Of a stretch of 64,000 bases of DNA, positions 14,040 through 27,471 are shown piece by piece. Location of the stretch: the NCBI RefSeq assembly GCF_009914755.1, contig NC_060939.1, one strand, 5' to 3'. Below the pieces are notes generated by a model. It was not told the DNA's origin. It did not search any database and worked only from the letters and a program-made list of their open reading frames with translations. Source of the DNA: the human T2T-CHM13v2.0 reference genome, Homo sapiens. Every line of letters starts with the position of its first letter. Within the stretch, counting starts at the first letter, position 1. Made by a program: the position numbers and the translations under genes.

Positions 14040-14510
14040 ATTTTTTTCTTATTTTATTTCTTCTTCTAAAAAAAAAAAAACAGGATACATGTTCAGAATG
14101 TGCAGGTTTGTTACATAGGTATACGTGTGCATGGTGATTTGCTTCATGTATTGACCTGTCCTCTAAGTTCCCTCCCCTCAATCCCCACCCCCAACAGGCT
14201 CTGGCGTGTGTTTTTCCCCTCTCTGTGTCCATGTGTTCTCAATGTTCAACTCCCACTTACAAGTGAGAACATGCGGTATTTGGTTTTTCTGTTCCTGTGT
14301 TACTTTGCTGAGAATGATGGCTTCCAGCTTCATTCATGTTCCTGCAAAGGACATGATCCCATTCTTTTCATGGCTGCATAGTATTCCATGGTGTATATGT
14401 ACCACATTTTCTTTATCCAATCTATCACTGATGGGCATTTTCGTTGGTTCCAAGTCTTTGCTATTGTAAATAGTGATATAATAAACAAACATGGGCATGT
14501 GTCTTTATAG
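14040..14510 (-). mobile_element. L1PA (PA10-16 class) 3' fragment
   Basis: T-tail and L1PA 3'UTR. TSD-like TGCTCTGACT / TGCTGTGACT flanks. Confidence 0.87.
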
Positions 14511-14798
14511 TGCTGTGACTTTTTGATAGTAATACTTAGGGATGAGGCCCTTTATATTCATTCATTCAATCAGTCATTCAACAAACGTTTGAGTGTCTAC
14601 TCTGTATGAAGCTCAGAGCTGGGAGCCACAGCAGATACAAAGAGGGAAAAGATATAGATGGAGCAGCTGGAAGTCTAGAAAGGAAGGAGCAGCATACCCA
14701 CAAATCATGACCGTAGGACACAGCAAGTGTCAGGAGTGTCTGGAGGAGGGAGACAAAATACATAAGGCATGGAAGTGGCTCACAATGGGATTAGTAAT

Positions 14799-15137
<339 letters not shown>

Positions 15138-17099
15138 TAAAGTACTTATTGCCTGGGAAAAGCCCAGGAAGATGGACAGTGGGTGAAGGTAGTTAGGTTA
15201 ACCTACTGAAGCTCAGATCTTGTTCTTGTTTCATTTCTTAAGATAGACGGAGTTTCATGGTTTGAGGGTCCGATTGCTCATAGGTTTTGGTGGTTGGTTA
15301 TGGCCCTCCAGAAAGCACTGGCTTTCAACAGCCATGGACGGCTTATTGTACGTCTTTTTCAAAGGCCACTTTCTTCCCGGTGGATGTTTTCATCACGGGC
15401 ATCCCATTCAGGGAAGCCTCTAAAGTGTAGAGGGTGTGGACAGCCTGGGGTTTTTACAGAGACCGACCTGGGTATATTTGAGGATTTTTGTCCCAGCTTA
15501 CTCCAGTGACACATACTTTCCACACGAACTGCCCAAGAATTGGATTAAACCCTTTCTCTTAGCCCCATTCCTGATAGCATTGGTCTAGACTTCCCCTGCA
15601 ATCTCTCCACAAAATAACAAAAATATTGACAAAAATAATGGAAACGATGGCAATTAACCTGCCTCTAACCCCTCCCTGCCTTAGGTTGTCACTGCAGCAG
15701 ATAAAACCTATTTTATGGGAGACCAACCCACTGCCACAATTCCTAAAGTAAAGTTTATTTGCACAGAAAAGGAAAGGCAACTTTTTATTTGTCACCCTGC
15801 TGAGAAGAAATATGATTCCTGTCCTCTCACTTCACATTAGCTTTCCTTTTCCCCGCATGTTTTCATCCTATGGTGTCTGATCATTTTACAGAAAGGAGGA
15901 TTTCTGCTTTTGACCTTACCTCTTGCTCTTGTAACATTCCAATTTTTAGATGGTCAGTCACCATTTGCCAGTTTTTGGGGGTGGGGGTGGGAACATGTTT
16001 CGAAGCTTAAGCATACAAGGCTCTTGCCCATTTTTCAAAAAGCGTGCTGGGTAGCTGGTTTCCATGTGATAGTGGCTCCTCGGGAAAGCTATTCTTTCAT
16101 GCAGCAGCAGCGCTGGCATTGATCAGTGGGAAAGTTCAAGGCGGCAACTCATCAAGCATGCCTTCAATACCAGATTCCAGACAAGGTCTGCAATAAATAA
16201 GAGCAGTAACAAAGAATCATATTTCCTTCTTGCACAGAAAATCAGCAATGACATAGTTCTAAATTTCAGGGTTCGGGGATGGTGTCTTCTCCCTGCACTG
16301 CAAGTTGAAAGCAGAATGGCTTTTTCCTTTGAGAAGTGACATCCACGTGCATTTTAGCTGTTCTTTCCATAGAAACAGAGTCAAAATATAATTTTGAATA
16401 TGTGGGTTGACTGGGGATTTTTCAGCTTGTGTATTGATTATTGCTTGAGTTGTTCAAATAGAACCTGTATTGTTAAAAACATGTTTTGAACATATTTTCC
16501 CACATTTGTTTTAATTGACTTATCTCCCTTTCTCCTCTAATCCTTTTCCCCCAGTAATAATGTCGAGATTTTCATGTGAACATACAAAAATAACAAAATT
16601 TTGCTTTAAGTAGATAGGTGAAAATTTTTTTAAAATGGCAGTGTGATAAAAAAATATACACCCTATGAGTCCCTCACAGATTATTGCTATTGATTTCTTT
16701 CCTTGAAACGTGGAAATGTTACCAGATGGGGTGTTAGGAGTAGGTGTGTGGGTGCAAATGCAGTTTATTGCTTGTTGACTAAAAATCAGTGAAAACCTTC
16801 ACTATTTGTGTGCTTGCATTGCATGCAAAGATGAATTTTAATACCAAACCAGTCCTTATACAAAGCTTCTTGCTATGCAATGTCACATTTTTGGGTCAAA
16901 TTTATATGTGAAGGAAATAAGCTTTATGACAGACTCAAAACGCAACGATTTCAAGTGCTTGCTCTCTCTGGTTTACTGAAACACTATCGTTTTATGTTAA
17001 TGCGATCAATGAAATTTACTTATCACAATCAGATTTCTACTGTGTTTTCTCTCTTCCCCACACCCTCCCTGGGCTGCTCCTTAGAGCTTCCTCTGGTCT

Positions 17100-17790
17100 C
17101 CCTCTCAGGGCAGTGTTAATCAAATTGCTGCAGGTTTTCGGAAGCCAGGTGCCTGTGCAGCGCATGGCCACTGGGCCTGACCCCTCAGGGACGCACCCAT
17201 TAGGAAAAAAGAGGCTGACCTTCTGTCACTTTCCTTCTCCTCCCTTTTAATGATTCCTTCTCTATCCTTTTGAGAAGATCTTTCCAGCCCTTTGACCCCT
17301 GTTAGAAGAGGAAGGCTTAAACAGCTAAAACTACCCTCAATATCGAGGCTTGGCAAGGAAAGCTCCAGAGGCCTTTTAGGAAATGCCAAAAGACAGGAGC
17401 CTCAGTTTTCAGTGCATTTAGAAGGCAGATCCCAATGCAACACCATTTCCTTCCTCATTTATTTTATAGAAACAGCCAGTTTGTGTTGGCGGGGGTGGGG
17501 GGGCGGGGGGGGGGGAGCTGGGGGAGCCCCTCCTCCCACCGTCACTTGTCAGCGCCACCAGAATCCCCACGTTCCGGAGAGGCTGACTTTTAATGATAGT
17601 CCTTGGACTGTGTGAGAGCTATTGTGCTTTTTGAAAAAGAGCAAGGAGAATGTGTGTCTGGGGTGGGTCGCTAGGCTGCTGCTTTGTGAGCGCCAGACCC
17701 GGCTTTAGTTTTCATGGATAAACAACCAGCACTGGGTAGGTCGTGCCCCACCTTGAAATGGTGGGGTGCAGAGTGCTGGATCTCTGCAGG
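17100..17790. promoter_or_regulatory. Repeat-free GC/CpG-enriched block with G-quadruplex motif; candidate enhancer
   Basis: Retained CpGs, four G-runs at 17491-17524, forkhead-type ATAAACA at ~17718. Function is inferred only. Confidence 0.4.
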
Positions 17791-17849
17791 GAGGACAGTT
17801 GACAGCCTCTAGTGCCTACCTGTGCTCTCTGTATGACCTTGATTCATAA

Positions 17850-18170
17850 CAACTCAAATGACAGCTAACACTAATATAGGGTGCTCACGTGGGAGCCATT
17901 GTTCTGCATAATATGAAATGATAAGATTTGATATGTATACTCAATAATTTAACACACACTACAACTCTGAAGTAGGTACTAGGAAATTGAGGTGAAGGAA
18001 AAGAGGTGTAGTTTTACCATGATAAGAAACTTTGTATTAGAAGTTTAGCTGTGCCAGTTACTTGCTCTTTGACGTGAGTAAATTGCTTAATCTTTCTGAG
18101 CCTAAATGCTCTCATTTGTAAAAAGGGGATTGTTAATTATGCCCCAAAGGGTTTCCATGAGAATTAAATG
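17850..18170. mobile_element. MIR fragments
   Basis: GAAATTGAGG and CTTAATCTTTCTGAGCCT...CTCATTTGTAAAAAGGGGAT cores. Confidence 0.65.
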
Positions 18171-18844
18171 GGGCACTGTAGCATCCTAGGACCAAGGATC
18201 TCCACCTCCTTTCCATTCTGTCATCTCACCTCCGACCCTTCTCTGGGGACTCATCTTTCTGAGATACTGATGGGAGACAGCAAAAATGGGGTGCTTTTTA
18301 GGCACTCTGCACAGAGAAAGGGGGTAATTCTAAAAGGAGTGGCTGACATTCCTCTGTCCAGGAGAAGCTATAGATAATCTCTTATCTGTGTCACAGAACA
18401 GAATCCAAGCCTAGTTGCATCAGTCAATTATAGTTGAATTGGGAGTGGCTAAAAGGATTAGGAATTGGACTTCACATTAGAAGGTATTTGCTGCCATCTC
18501 CTCTGTAGGAAAAGGAAGAATAAAAGCAGGGTTTAAAGGTTCATGTTCTTGCTCAGATTAATCAAGTAGCCCCTTCCCCTCTTGATTTTATCTTGGAGAT
18601 GCACATACATGTGTTCACACACAGGATGTGCTCACATGTTTTCTACACTTGTGATAGATTTAGAAGTAATGGTATTTAAAGAGCTTAAAAATATTTTTCC
18701 CTGGTTACAAAAGTAATGCTTGTTTATTGTATAGACAAGTATTTGTTTGGACATATAGAAAACTATAAAGATATTAATGTCTTCACCCAGGACACAGAGA
18801 TAACCACTAAATGCATATTGGTGACTCCAAGTTTTTTCTGTATG

Positions 18845-18848
18845 CACA

Positions 18849-18899
<51 letters not shown>
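18845..18899. repeat. (CA)n microsatellite
   Basis: Directly visible, one interruption. Confidence 0.95.
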
Positions 18900-18901
<2 letters not shown>

Positions 18902-19050
18902 TAGCTTGTAGCCTACTTACAAATTTTGTTGTTTTTCTTTTAACTTTTATTTTAAGTTCAGGGATACATGTACAGGGTTGTTACATAGGTAAACTTGTGT
19001 CCTGGTGGTTTGTTGTACAGATTATTTCACCACTCAGGTATTGTCACTTT

Positions 19051-19229
19051 CCACCCCAAAACCTAATGGCATAGAACAACAGAATCATGTTTTCATTGTC
19101 TGTCATGGTTCTGGAAGTTAACTAGGCTCAGCTAAGTAGTTCTTGCTCAGAGCCTTTCATGCAGTTGCAGTCAGGTGGTAGCTTGGGCTGGTTATCTGAA
19201 GGCTGCTTACTCACAAGTCTGCCGTGTAG
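19051..19229 (+). repeat. Direct local duplication of 19568-19746
   Basis: 179 bp ungapped, 8 mismatches by eye. Confidence 0.95.
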
Positions 19230-19347
19230 ATCCCGCACTCTATACCCCACCATTTCAAGTTGGGGCACGACACACCCAGTGCTGGTTGTTTGTCCATGAA
19301 AACTAAAGGCAGGTCTGGCGCTCACAAAGCAGCAGGCTAGCGACCCA
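19228..19347 (-). repeat. Inverted local duplication of 17664-17783
   Basis: 120 bp ungapped reverse complement, 10 mismatches by eye. Confidence 0.95.
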
Positions 19348-19537
19348 TTAGTTATTTTTCCTGATCCCCTCTCTCCTCCCAACCTCCACTGTCTGACAGG
19401 CCCCAATGTCTGTTGTTCGCCTCTATGTGTTAATGTGTTCTCATTTAGCTCCCACTTATAAGTGAGAACATGCAGGATTTGGTTTTCTGTACTTTTGAAC
19501 TAGGTATTATATTCTGAGCATTTCTCTTTATCATTAA

Positions 19538-20430
19538 TGTATTGGTTACCTATTGATGCTCAATAAACCACCCCGAAACCTAATGGCATAGAACAATAGA
19601 ATCATGGTTTCATTGTCTGTCATGGTTCTGGAAGTTAACTAGGCTCAGCTAAGTAGTTCTTGCTCAGAGCCTTTCATGCAGTTGCAATCAGGTGGTAGCT
19701 TGGGCTGGTTATCTGAAGGTTGCTTACTCACAGGTCTGCTGTCTAGTCTGGAAAAGCTTAAACAGCAGAAAGTTGGAACAGCTAAGCTTTTGGACATTTC
19801 TTTCTGTGATGTGCTCTCTCCTGCATGGTGGCTTCAGGATGGCCATGTTCCTTACATGACAGCCCAGGTCCAAAAGTGCATGTCTATAAAGAAAGGCCAG
19901 GCTGATGCCAACTCACCTTTTATGTGGTGACCTAGTCTTGGAAGTCACATAGCGTTTCCTTACCACATGCTGTTCACCAAGGCAGTCTCAAAAGCCCACC
20001 CAGTTTCAAGGAGAGACATATGTCTCCCTTTGAGACATGGACCTCTCAAGTACTGTGTTAGTTTCCTATCACTGATCTAACATATTACTACAAATTTAAA
20101 GCAACAGGGATTTATTATCTTACAGTTTTGAAGGTTAGAAATCTGAAATGGGTTTTACTGGGCCAAATCAAAGTGTTGGCAGGGCTGCCTCCTCTGGAGG
20201 CTTGAGAGAGGAATCCATTTCCTTGCTTTTCCAGCTTCTAGAGGCTGCCCTCAGTTCTTGGCTTGTGGCCTCATTCTCCCATCTTTAAGGCCAGCAGCCT
20301 TGCATCTTCAAACGTCTCTCTAAATATGAGCTATTAGTTAGCCTGCTACAAATGGGAAATGGCAAGGCTTTGGAAGGGCACATGGGCCAGAAATGTTGCT
20401 GCAGTCATTTTTGCAAAGTACAGTCTGCCA
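19538..20430 (-). mobile_element. MLT1 (MaLR) LTR with a second MLT1C/D-like LTR fragment nested at ~20054-20320
   Basis: TGTATTGGTTACCTATTG and TGTGTTAGTTTCCTAT LTR termini. CCAGCTTCTAGAGGCTGCC motif. Confidence 0.7.
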
Positions 20431-20814
20431 TAATTAAATATATTCAATGATTGCATAGTATGACTGTCACCATTTGCTTAGCCTTCCTTTATTGTTAATT
20501 TTAGGTGTTTCCAATATAAATAACACTATAGGTGTTTCCATTTAGGGTGTTTCAAACATAAAGAACACTATAGTAAACAAACATTGCTATAAATAAATAT
20601 TTTTGCAAATCCCCAATTATTTCCTTAGAATAAATTAATAAGGATATTATTATATAAAAATATGAATACTTATAGATTGCTAAATCACCCTCCAGAAAGG
20701 CAACATTAGTTTTTCAGTAACATTGTATAAAAATATTTATTTTGCTATACCATCATTGATATTGAGTATAATTATTAAAAAACCTTACAGGCTGAATAGG
20801 CAGAAAACACCATC

Positions 20815-23325
20815 TTTTTTTGTAGCTTTATTGAGGTGTTAATTGATATACAAAACTGGATATATATTTAATGTATACAATTTTATGAATTTGAATATGT
20901 GCATATACCTGGGCTATCATCACCGTAATCAAGGTAGTAAACATATCTGTCATCTCCAAAAGTTACTTTGTGTCCCAATACTTTTTTGTGATATGAGCAA
21001 GAATTTAACATGAGCTCTACCTCTTAGCAAATTTTTAAGTGCACAACATTATATTGTTAACTGCAGGCACTATGTCGTACAGTAGATATCTAGAATTTAT
21101 TTATTTTGTACAACTGTAACTTTGTACCAATTGAATGACTTCCCATTTCACCTTCGCCCTATTCCCTGGAAACCATCACTCTATTTTCAGCTTCTATAAG
21201 TTTGACTATTTTAGATACCTCATATAAGTGGAATCATGCAGTATTTGTCCTTCTGTAATAGACTTATCTCACTTTGCATAATGTTTTCCAGGTCTATCCA
21301 TGTGGCTGCAAATGGTAGGACTTCCTCCCTTTTTAAGGCTGAATAATATTTCATTATATGTGTATACTACATTTTCTTTATCCATTTGTCTGTTGGTGAA
21401 CATTAGAGTTGTTTTCACACCTTGGGTATTCTGAATAATGTTGCAGTGAACATGGGATTGCAGATATCTCTTTGATATACTGATTTCATTTCGTTTGGAT
21501 ACATACACAGAAGTGGGATTGCTGGATCATACGGTAGTTCTATAGTGGTTGCACCATTTTCCATTCCCTCTGACAAAGTACAAGGATTCCAATTTTTCCA
21601 CATTCTTGCCAACACTTGTTATCTTTTGTTTTTTTGATAATAGCCATCTTAACATGTGTGCAGTGATATCTCATTGTGGTTTTGATTTCCATTTCCCTGA
21701 TAATTAATGGTGTTGACACTTTTCCATGTATCTATTGGACATTTGTATGTCTTCTTTGGAGAAATATTTATTCAAGTCAATTTCCTACTTTTTAGTTAGG
21801 TTATTATTATTATTTTGCTATTGAGTTGTAGGAGGAGTTCTTTATGTATTTTGAGAATTACCCCTTATTAGGTATATGTATTTTCTCCCATTCCATGGGT
21901 TGCCTTTTCACTTAGTTTATTTATTGATTAATTTATTTTTACTGGGAAGAAGAGTTTTAGTTTGCTGTTGTGCCCATTTGTCTGTTTTTGCTTTTGTTGT
22001 CTGTGTTTTTGGTATCATTTTCAAAAAATCATTGCCAAGACCAATTTCATGAAGCTTTTCCTGTATTTTTTCTTCTAAAAGTTTTATCGTTTCAGGTTTA
22101 CATTTAAGTCTTTAACCTATTTTGAGTTGATTGTTGTGTATAGTACAAGTTAAGGAGGGATCCAATTTCATCCTTTTGCCTCTGGGATACAGTTATTCCA
22201 TCACCATTTGTTAAAGAGTCATTTTCCTCCGTCATGTATTTTTTATTGAACATCAGTTGACAGTATATGCATGGATTTATTTCTGGACTCTCTATTCTGT
22301 TTCATTGGTCTGTATGTCTGTATTTATGCCAGTACCCTGCTGTTTGAATTACTGTAGCTTTGTAATATGTCTTTAAGTCCGGAAATATGATGCCTCCAGC
22401 TTTGATTATGTTGGTTATTCTGGGCCTTTTGTTTTTTCATATGAATTTTAGGATTTTCTTTTTCTGTTTCTGTAAGAAATGCCATTGGGATTCTCTTGGG
22501 AATATAATTGAATCTGTAGATTGCTTTGGATGTTTTTACAATATTAATTCTTCCAATCTATGAACATGAGATTTTTTTTCCATTTCTTTGTCTCTTTTTA
22601 AATTTCTTTCATCAATGTATTATAGTTTTCAGTGTACAAGTGTTTCACATCCTTGGTTAAGTTTATTTCTATGTATTTCATTCTTTTAAATGCCATTATA
22701 AATGAGACTTTTCTTAATTTTCTTTTGGGTCATTTGTTAGTATGTAAAAATGCAGTTGATTTTTTAAAATCTCAACTTTGTATCCTGCAGCATTACCGAA
22801 TTCATTTATTAGTTCTAAGAGTTTTTCTGTGGAGCCTTTAGGGTTTGCTATATATAGGATCATGTCATCTATAGACAGAGACAATTTTACATCCTTCCTT
22901 CCAATTTGGAGGCTTTTAATTTCTTTTTCTTGCCTAATTACTCTGGCTAGGACTTTTAATACTATGTTGAGCAGAAGTAAGAGATGATAGCCTGGGCTTA
23001 TTCCTGATCTTAGAGGAAAAGCTTTTAGTTTATGGGCTTTTTATATATAGCTTTTATTATAGGAGATACATTCCTTCAATACCTAGTTTGTTGAGTGTTT
23101 TTTATCATAAAAAGGTGTTGAATTTTTTCAAATGCTTTTCCTGCATTTATTCAGATGATTGTGTGATTTTTAAAAATCATTCATTATGTTAATGTTGTAT
23201 ATCACATTGATTGATTTGTGTATGCAGAGCTATCCTTGCACCCCAGGGATAAATCTCGCTTGATTATGTTGTATGATCTTTTCTGTGTGCCGTTGAATTT
23301 GGTTTGCTAGTATTTTGTTGGGGAC
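20815..23325 (-). mobile_element. L1MA (MA8/9-like) ~2.5 kb 3' portion, within older L1ME-like debris
   Basis: L1MA 3'UTR then ORF2 remnants (IELPYDPAIPLL). CCATCTT on both flanks. Confidence 0.88.
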
Positions 23326-24156
23326 CCATCTTGCTTATGTGTGCACATCCTTGATTATTGCTGAAGTTAAACATTTTTTATTATTTATTCATTTTTTGTT
23401 TATTGACTATTATTTTTTCTTATTTTTTTCTACAGGGTACTGATATATTTCTTATTTATTTATAGGAACTCTTTATATATAAAATGCATTAAAGCTTTTC
23501 ATCATTTGGTATAAATGATAGTTATGAAGTTTTATATTTTGAAAGAAAACATCTTTTTCAATGCTGTTTATTTCTTTCTTTTTATGATTAAATATTTTTT
23601 CCTTCACATAAGTCAGGTAAATATTTACCTATAATTTTTTCTTGTTGCTTTAAAATTTAACTTTAGACTTCTAGTTATGTAAGTCATATATTTTTATACA
23701 TATATACCTTATTTTTTTTTTTACCTAACAGTGTAAACAAATGGATGAGGAAAGAGAGGAGTATAAGCAGTTGATTGGATTTTAGTAGAAATAAATTGAC
23801 ATTCTATTTACTGTCCATCTGATTCAGTCAATTCCCAATTATCTATGGTAAATGAGAGCTAGGAAGAACAAGGGTAAAATATACATCTGTTGATAATCTC
23901 TCAACTATATTTCAGGACATGTCTGTGCTCAGAAACATTCTAATGGCATTACATTGAGGGCAGAGCACTTTGGTGTTTCTCCATGGTCACGTCACAGAGA
24001 TCAGTGATCTTATTGTCTATTTGGATGACCTTGTTTCCATGACAGAGAAAGTCCTCTCATATGGCATAAAAATGAGCTGCTTTTCTCCAGAGGAGTTATG
24101 GCTGATGGTGTCTCAGGTGTATATCTTGGCTTGGAGGCCATAATTTCTAACCATTC

Positions 24157-24190
24157 CTTATTCCTATGGGTAACTTATTCCTATGGGTAA
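24157..24190. repeat. Perfect 17 bp tandem duplication CTTATTCCTATGGGTAA x2
   Basis: Directly visible. Confidence 0.9.
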
Positions 24191-24599
24191 AGCCCTGTCT
24201 CTGTGGGAAGTCCTTTAAGAATAAGCCCAGGCACACCACATTGCACTAGAAAGGGTCACTGGAATTGTAGGCTTAACGTATCAAAAATGAACAAAGGTAT
24301 TACCTCTTCCTGAGAGGATGAAACAGAACAGGTTCAGATCACTGAGGAATATGGTGGGAACAAGGGAACACAGAGTGATTATAGGGTGGTCCAGAAGAGA
24401 CAGGTGGGCAGGTGCCTGTATTGGTAGGAGTATCCTGCAGGCTGGGTCAGGCCAAAGACAGTGCTACGGTGCAATAAAGCAAACAAAGAAAAAAGATATT
24501 ACATGCGGAGTGTCCACAGCTTCCCTCCCCTTCATCACCTTCATCATCATCAATTTTGCCAGTTTCTTCTTGGTCCTTTATTATGCAGAACAAGCATAA

Positions 24600-25050
24600 T
24601 GGGTGAATACCTATTTTTGAAGGCACCCTAAATGCCAGGCACTTTGCTGGGGAAACAGCAGTGAGCAAAACAGACAACATCCCCCCACCTTAATGTATCT
24701 TGCACTCCACCGAGGGGAGATAAAAGGTAAACAAAGAAATAAAATGGATAGCATGTCAGATGCAAATACATGCTACAATTATAGAGAAGGCAGGGAAGGA
24801 GGACAGGGAGTAGCAAGTGTGGGATGGGAACATGCTGTTTTCCCTGGCATGGGCTGAAAAGGCCTCACAGCAAAGGTGGCATTTGCATAAAGGCCTGAAG
24901 GAGGAACAAGAACGAACCAAGTGGGTATCCAGGTGAAGAGCATTTTAGGGCAGTGCGAGCAACAAGGACCATGAGGCCAACAGCATCTGGCTCATTGAAT
25001 AGATCCTAGGGCATTGATAGAACAAAAGGATGGAGTGCAGGGAAAGATCA
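24600..25050 (-). mobile_element. L2 fragment
   Basis: ATGCCAGGCACTTTGCTGGGGA and GAAGAGCATTTTAGGGCAG L2 motifs. Confidence 0.7.
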
Positions 25051-26277
25051 GAAGAAGGGAATCCATGGAGGCTGGATTCCAGAGAATTGTGTGGGGAGTT
25101 TAGAGGAAGAGAGAAGAAAGAAATGTTAGAGACAAGTGGGTTAAGGAGAAATGATGGTAAAAGGGATTTTAAAAAGCTTTGCTGTGTCTTATGAGTAAAG
25201 TCTTTGAGTGACTTCAGGAAATATTTAAATTGCTTCAAGCAAGACTAGACTGCAAGGTAGCTGAGCACAATATGGGCAGTATGAAGTAATCGAAGAATTT
25301 ATTATGAGATAATTTTTGGACCAGCAGAGATTGTGGTCAGGAGAGCTGAGGATGTGTATATTTGTAAGGATGAGAGTGTGGTGGTAGGACAGACTGTATG
25401 AAAACTGTAGTAGGGAGGGTCAATTCTGGGGTAGAAAATGCTGGCTGGCTTAAGAAGTTATTCCAGTATGGGCTACATGTCAGAATGGTCTTGTGGTGCT
25501 TGGTCTTAGCTGATGTACACTTTTATAGTTAAACATTTTTTCATGATTTTCTTTTTTTGTTGTTCATTGAGTAGTCATGATCTTACTGATCTTTTTCTAT
25601 CGGGTACTTATGTATTTCTTATTGATTTGCATGAACTATTTATATTTAAGATGTGATAAAGCTTTTATTTATCATTTGGCACAAATAATAATACCAAATA
25701 GTATCAGGCAACTTAAAGGTGCTGAGCTGTCTGGTGGTGGAGGAGGGATTGGGGGGTAGAGGAGGTCTTGGTGGGGGTTAGGTCTGGCAGTGTGGGATTA
25801 GATGGCAAGGTGTGCAGAAGGGAACATGCCTTCCAAAGGACCTGGAAGGTCATTGGCACAGCCTGTAAAACTTGATTTCACTGAACCAATTTTCATCAAG
25901 CATTGACAGATGCCTGTCTGGGATGACAAATCCTACCACAGTACCTAGTGCATTGTGGGCGCTCAGTAAATATATATTTTTTTCAATGGGTGAAATCAAC
26001 ATGTATTTGATAGACTAGCTTCTATCTGTTTTTTCCACCACTGGGCACCCCAACCCCCAACCCCTGTATTAGTTTATAACTATGTCCCTTCAATCCATTG
26101 CTGCCTTTTGCCACTATGACAATGTTTCCCTATGTTTTCCCTTCCATTAACTAGAGGGCAGCAGAATGGAAAGAATATGAACTTTGGAAAAAATATAAGC
26201 TTGGGTTCACATCGTAGCTCTGCAGTTTGGGTGAGTGATCTGTTTTCCTAACTGTAAAATAGAGATAATAATATCCC

Positions 26278-26744
26278 TGTGGTTAGTTTGATTATAGTTA
26301 AGCAAATATTCACTCTCCTCCCCACCTTCCCACACTGGAGAAGTAAATCTTTCCACCCTGTTGATGTTGGGCTTGGCCCTATAACTTGCTTTGGCCTCAT
26401 GGTGGGTGAGATGTCCTTCCCTGCTTGCACTTGAATCTTGGGCTTAGTTGTGTGATTTGCTTTGACAAAGACTTAAAGAAAAGGCTTAAAGTGTCTTGCT
26501 GGAGTTGTGCTTGTCTTCTCGTGCTTCCAATTTTTCGATGAGAATAATAAGTCTGGGTAGCTACTGTGTCCAAGGAGGATGGAGAGAGGCGGAGCAGACC
26601 TGAATCCAACTTGCAGCTGAGTCCAGCCAAGCCATTGCTAACCTGCTGATTTATGAGTGAGAAATAAAAATGCTTATTGTTGAATGCCATTGAGTTTTAG
26701 GGTGGTTTATTATACAGAATTATTAAACATAACTGACAGATACA
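26278..26744 (+). mobile_element. Old MLT1 solo LTR
   Basis: TGTGGT start, AATAAAAATGCTTATTGTTG...CTGACAGATACA end. Confidence 0.7.
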
Positions 26745-27471
26745 ATGCCCTGTTCCTTTAGGTTACTCAGTATTAAGTATCCTGCAAGAAGAATACCTAA
26801 TCCTAAGTAAAGCATTCTGTCTGCTTCCAATTTATCTCAAGGAAAGACTAATTTTTGTTTTACAGCTACAGATAAACTTGTATGATTTGGACCCTTTCCC
26901 TCAAATGCTCCTACAATTGAAGATTAGACAATAGCTACGTCTGGTATTTCTATGGCTACCAAGGATATCAAGTTCCATGAAATTTGGCTTACCAAATCCT
27001 AAAAGCCTTATCAAAATATTTTCTTTAAAGCTTCTTCTCTCTCCAGATTAATTCCTTATTGGCAAACAATGACTGTACTGTCTGTCTTCTGGTGAGGAGC
27101 GTGCTCCCAGGAACTAGATGGCTACAGCTCTTTCTGATATAAACCATTCCAAAATTATTCAGAAAGGGCCTTCCTGGAATATATAATTATGGAATATGGT
27201 GAAGATAACTTAAAAACAAGGTTTAGGAGCAGATATCTAAAATTGTTGTCATTTGCCTGCAATGATGCAGTGGGAACTGTGAAGGTTATAGTCTTCCTAT
27301 CTGGACAATCCCCTCAATGATTTTTTTTCCCCCAGCTACTGCCATTTCCTCTTCCCAGCCTCTAGAGCCGGGAGCACAAGTTGTACAATTACTACCTTTG
27401 TAATACTCATATACAGCCCCATTAACACTTTTTAATGGATGTGCTATACCTGGCAGATTTCTGTTTTCAAG

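Larger units (their letters stand above)
18925..19490 (-). mobile_element. L1PA13-16-like 3' fragment split by a templated insertion (19043-19347)
   Basis: L1 3'UTR runs to ...CACTCAGGTATT (19042) and resumes at ACCCATTAGTTATTTTTCCTGATC (~19343). Confidence 0.85.

Noticed and set aside
19128-19406. 92 aa minus-strand ORF spanning the chimeric insertion
   Set aside because: Made of L1, duplicated and LTR sequence with no coding features or expression support.
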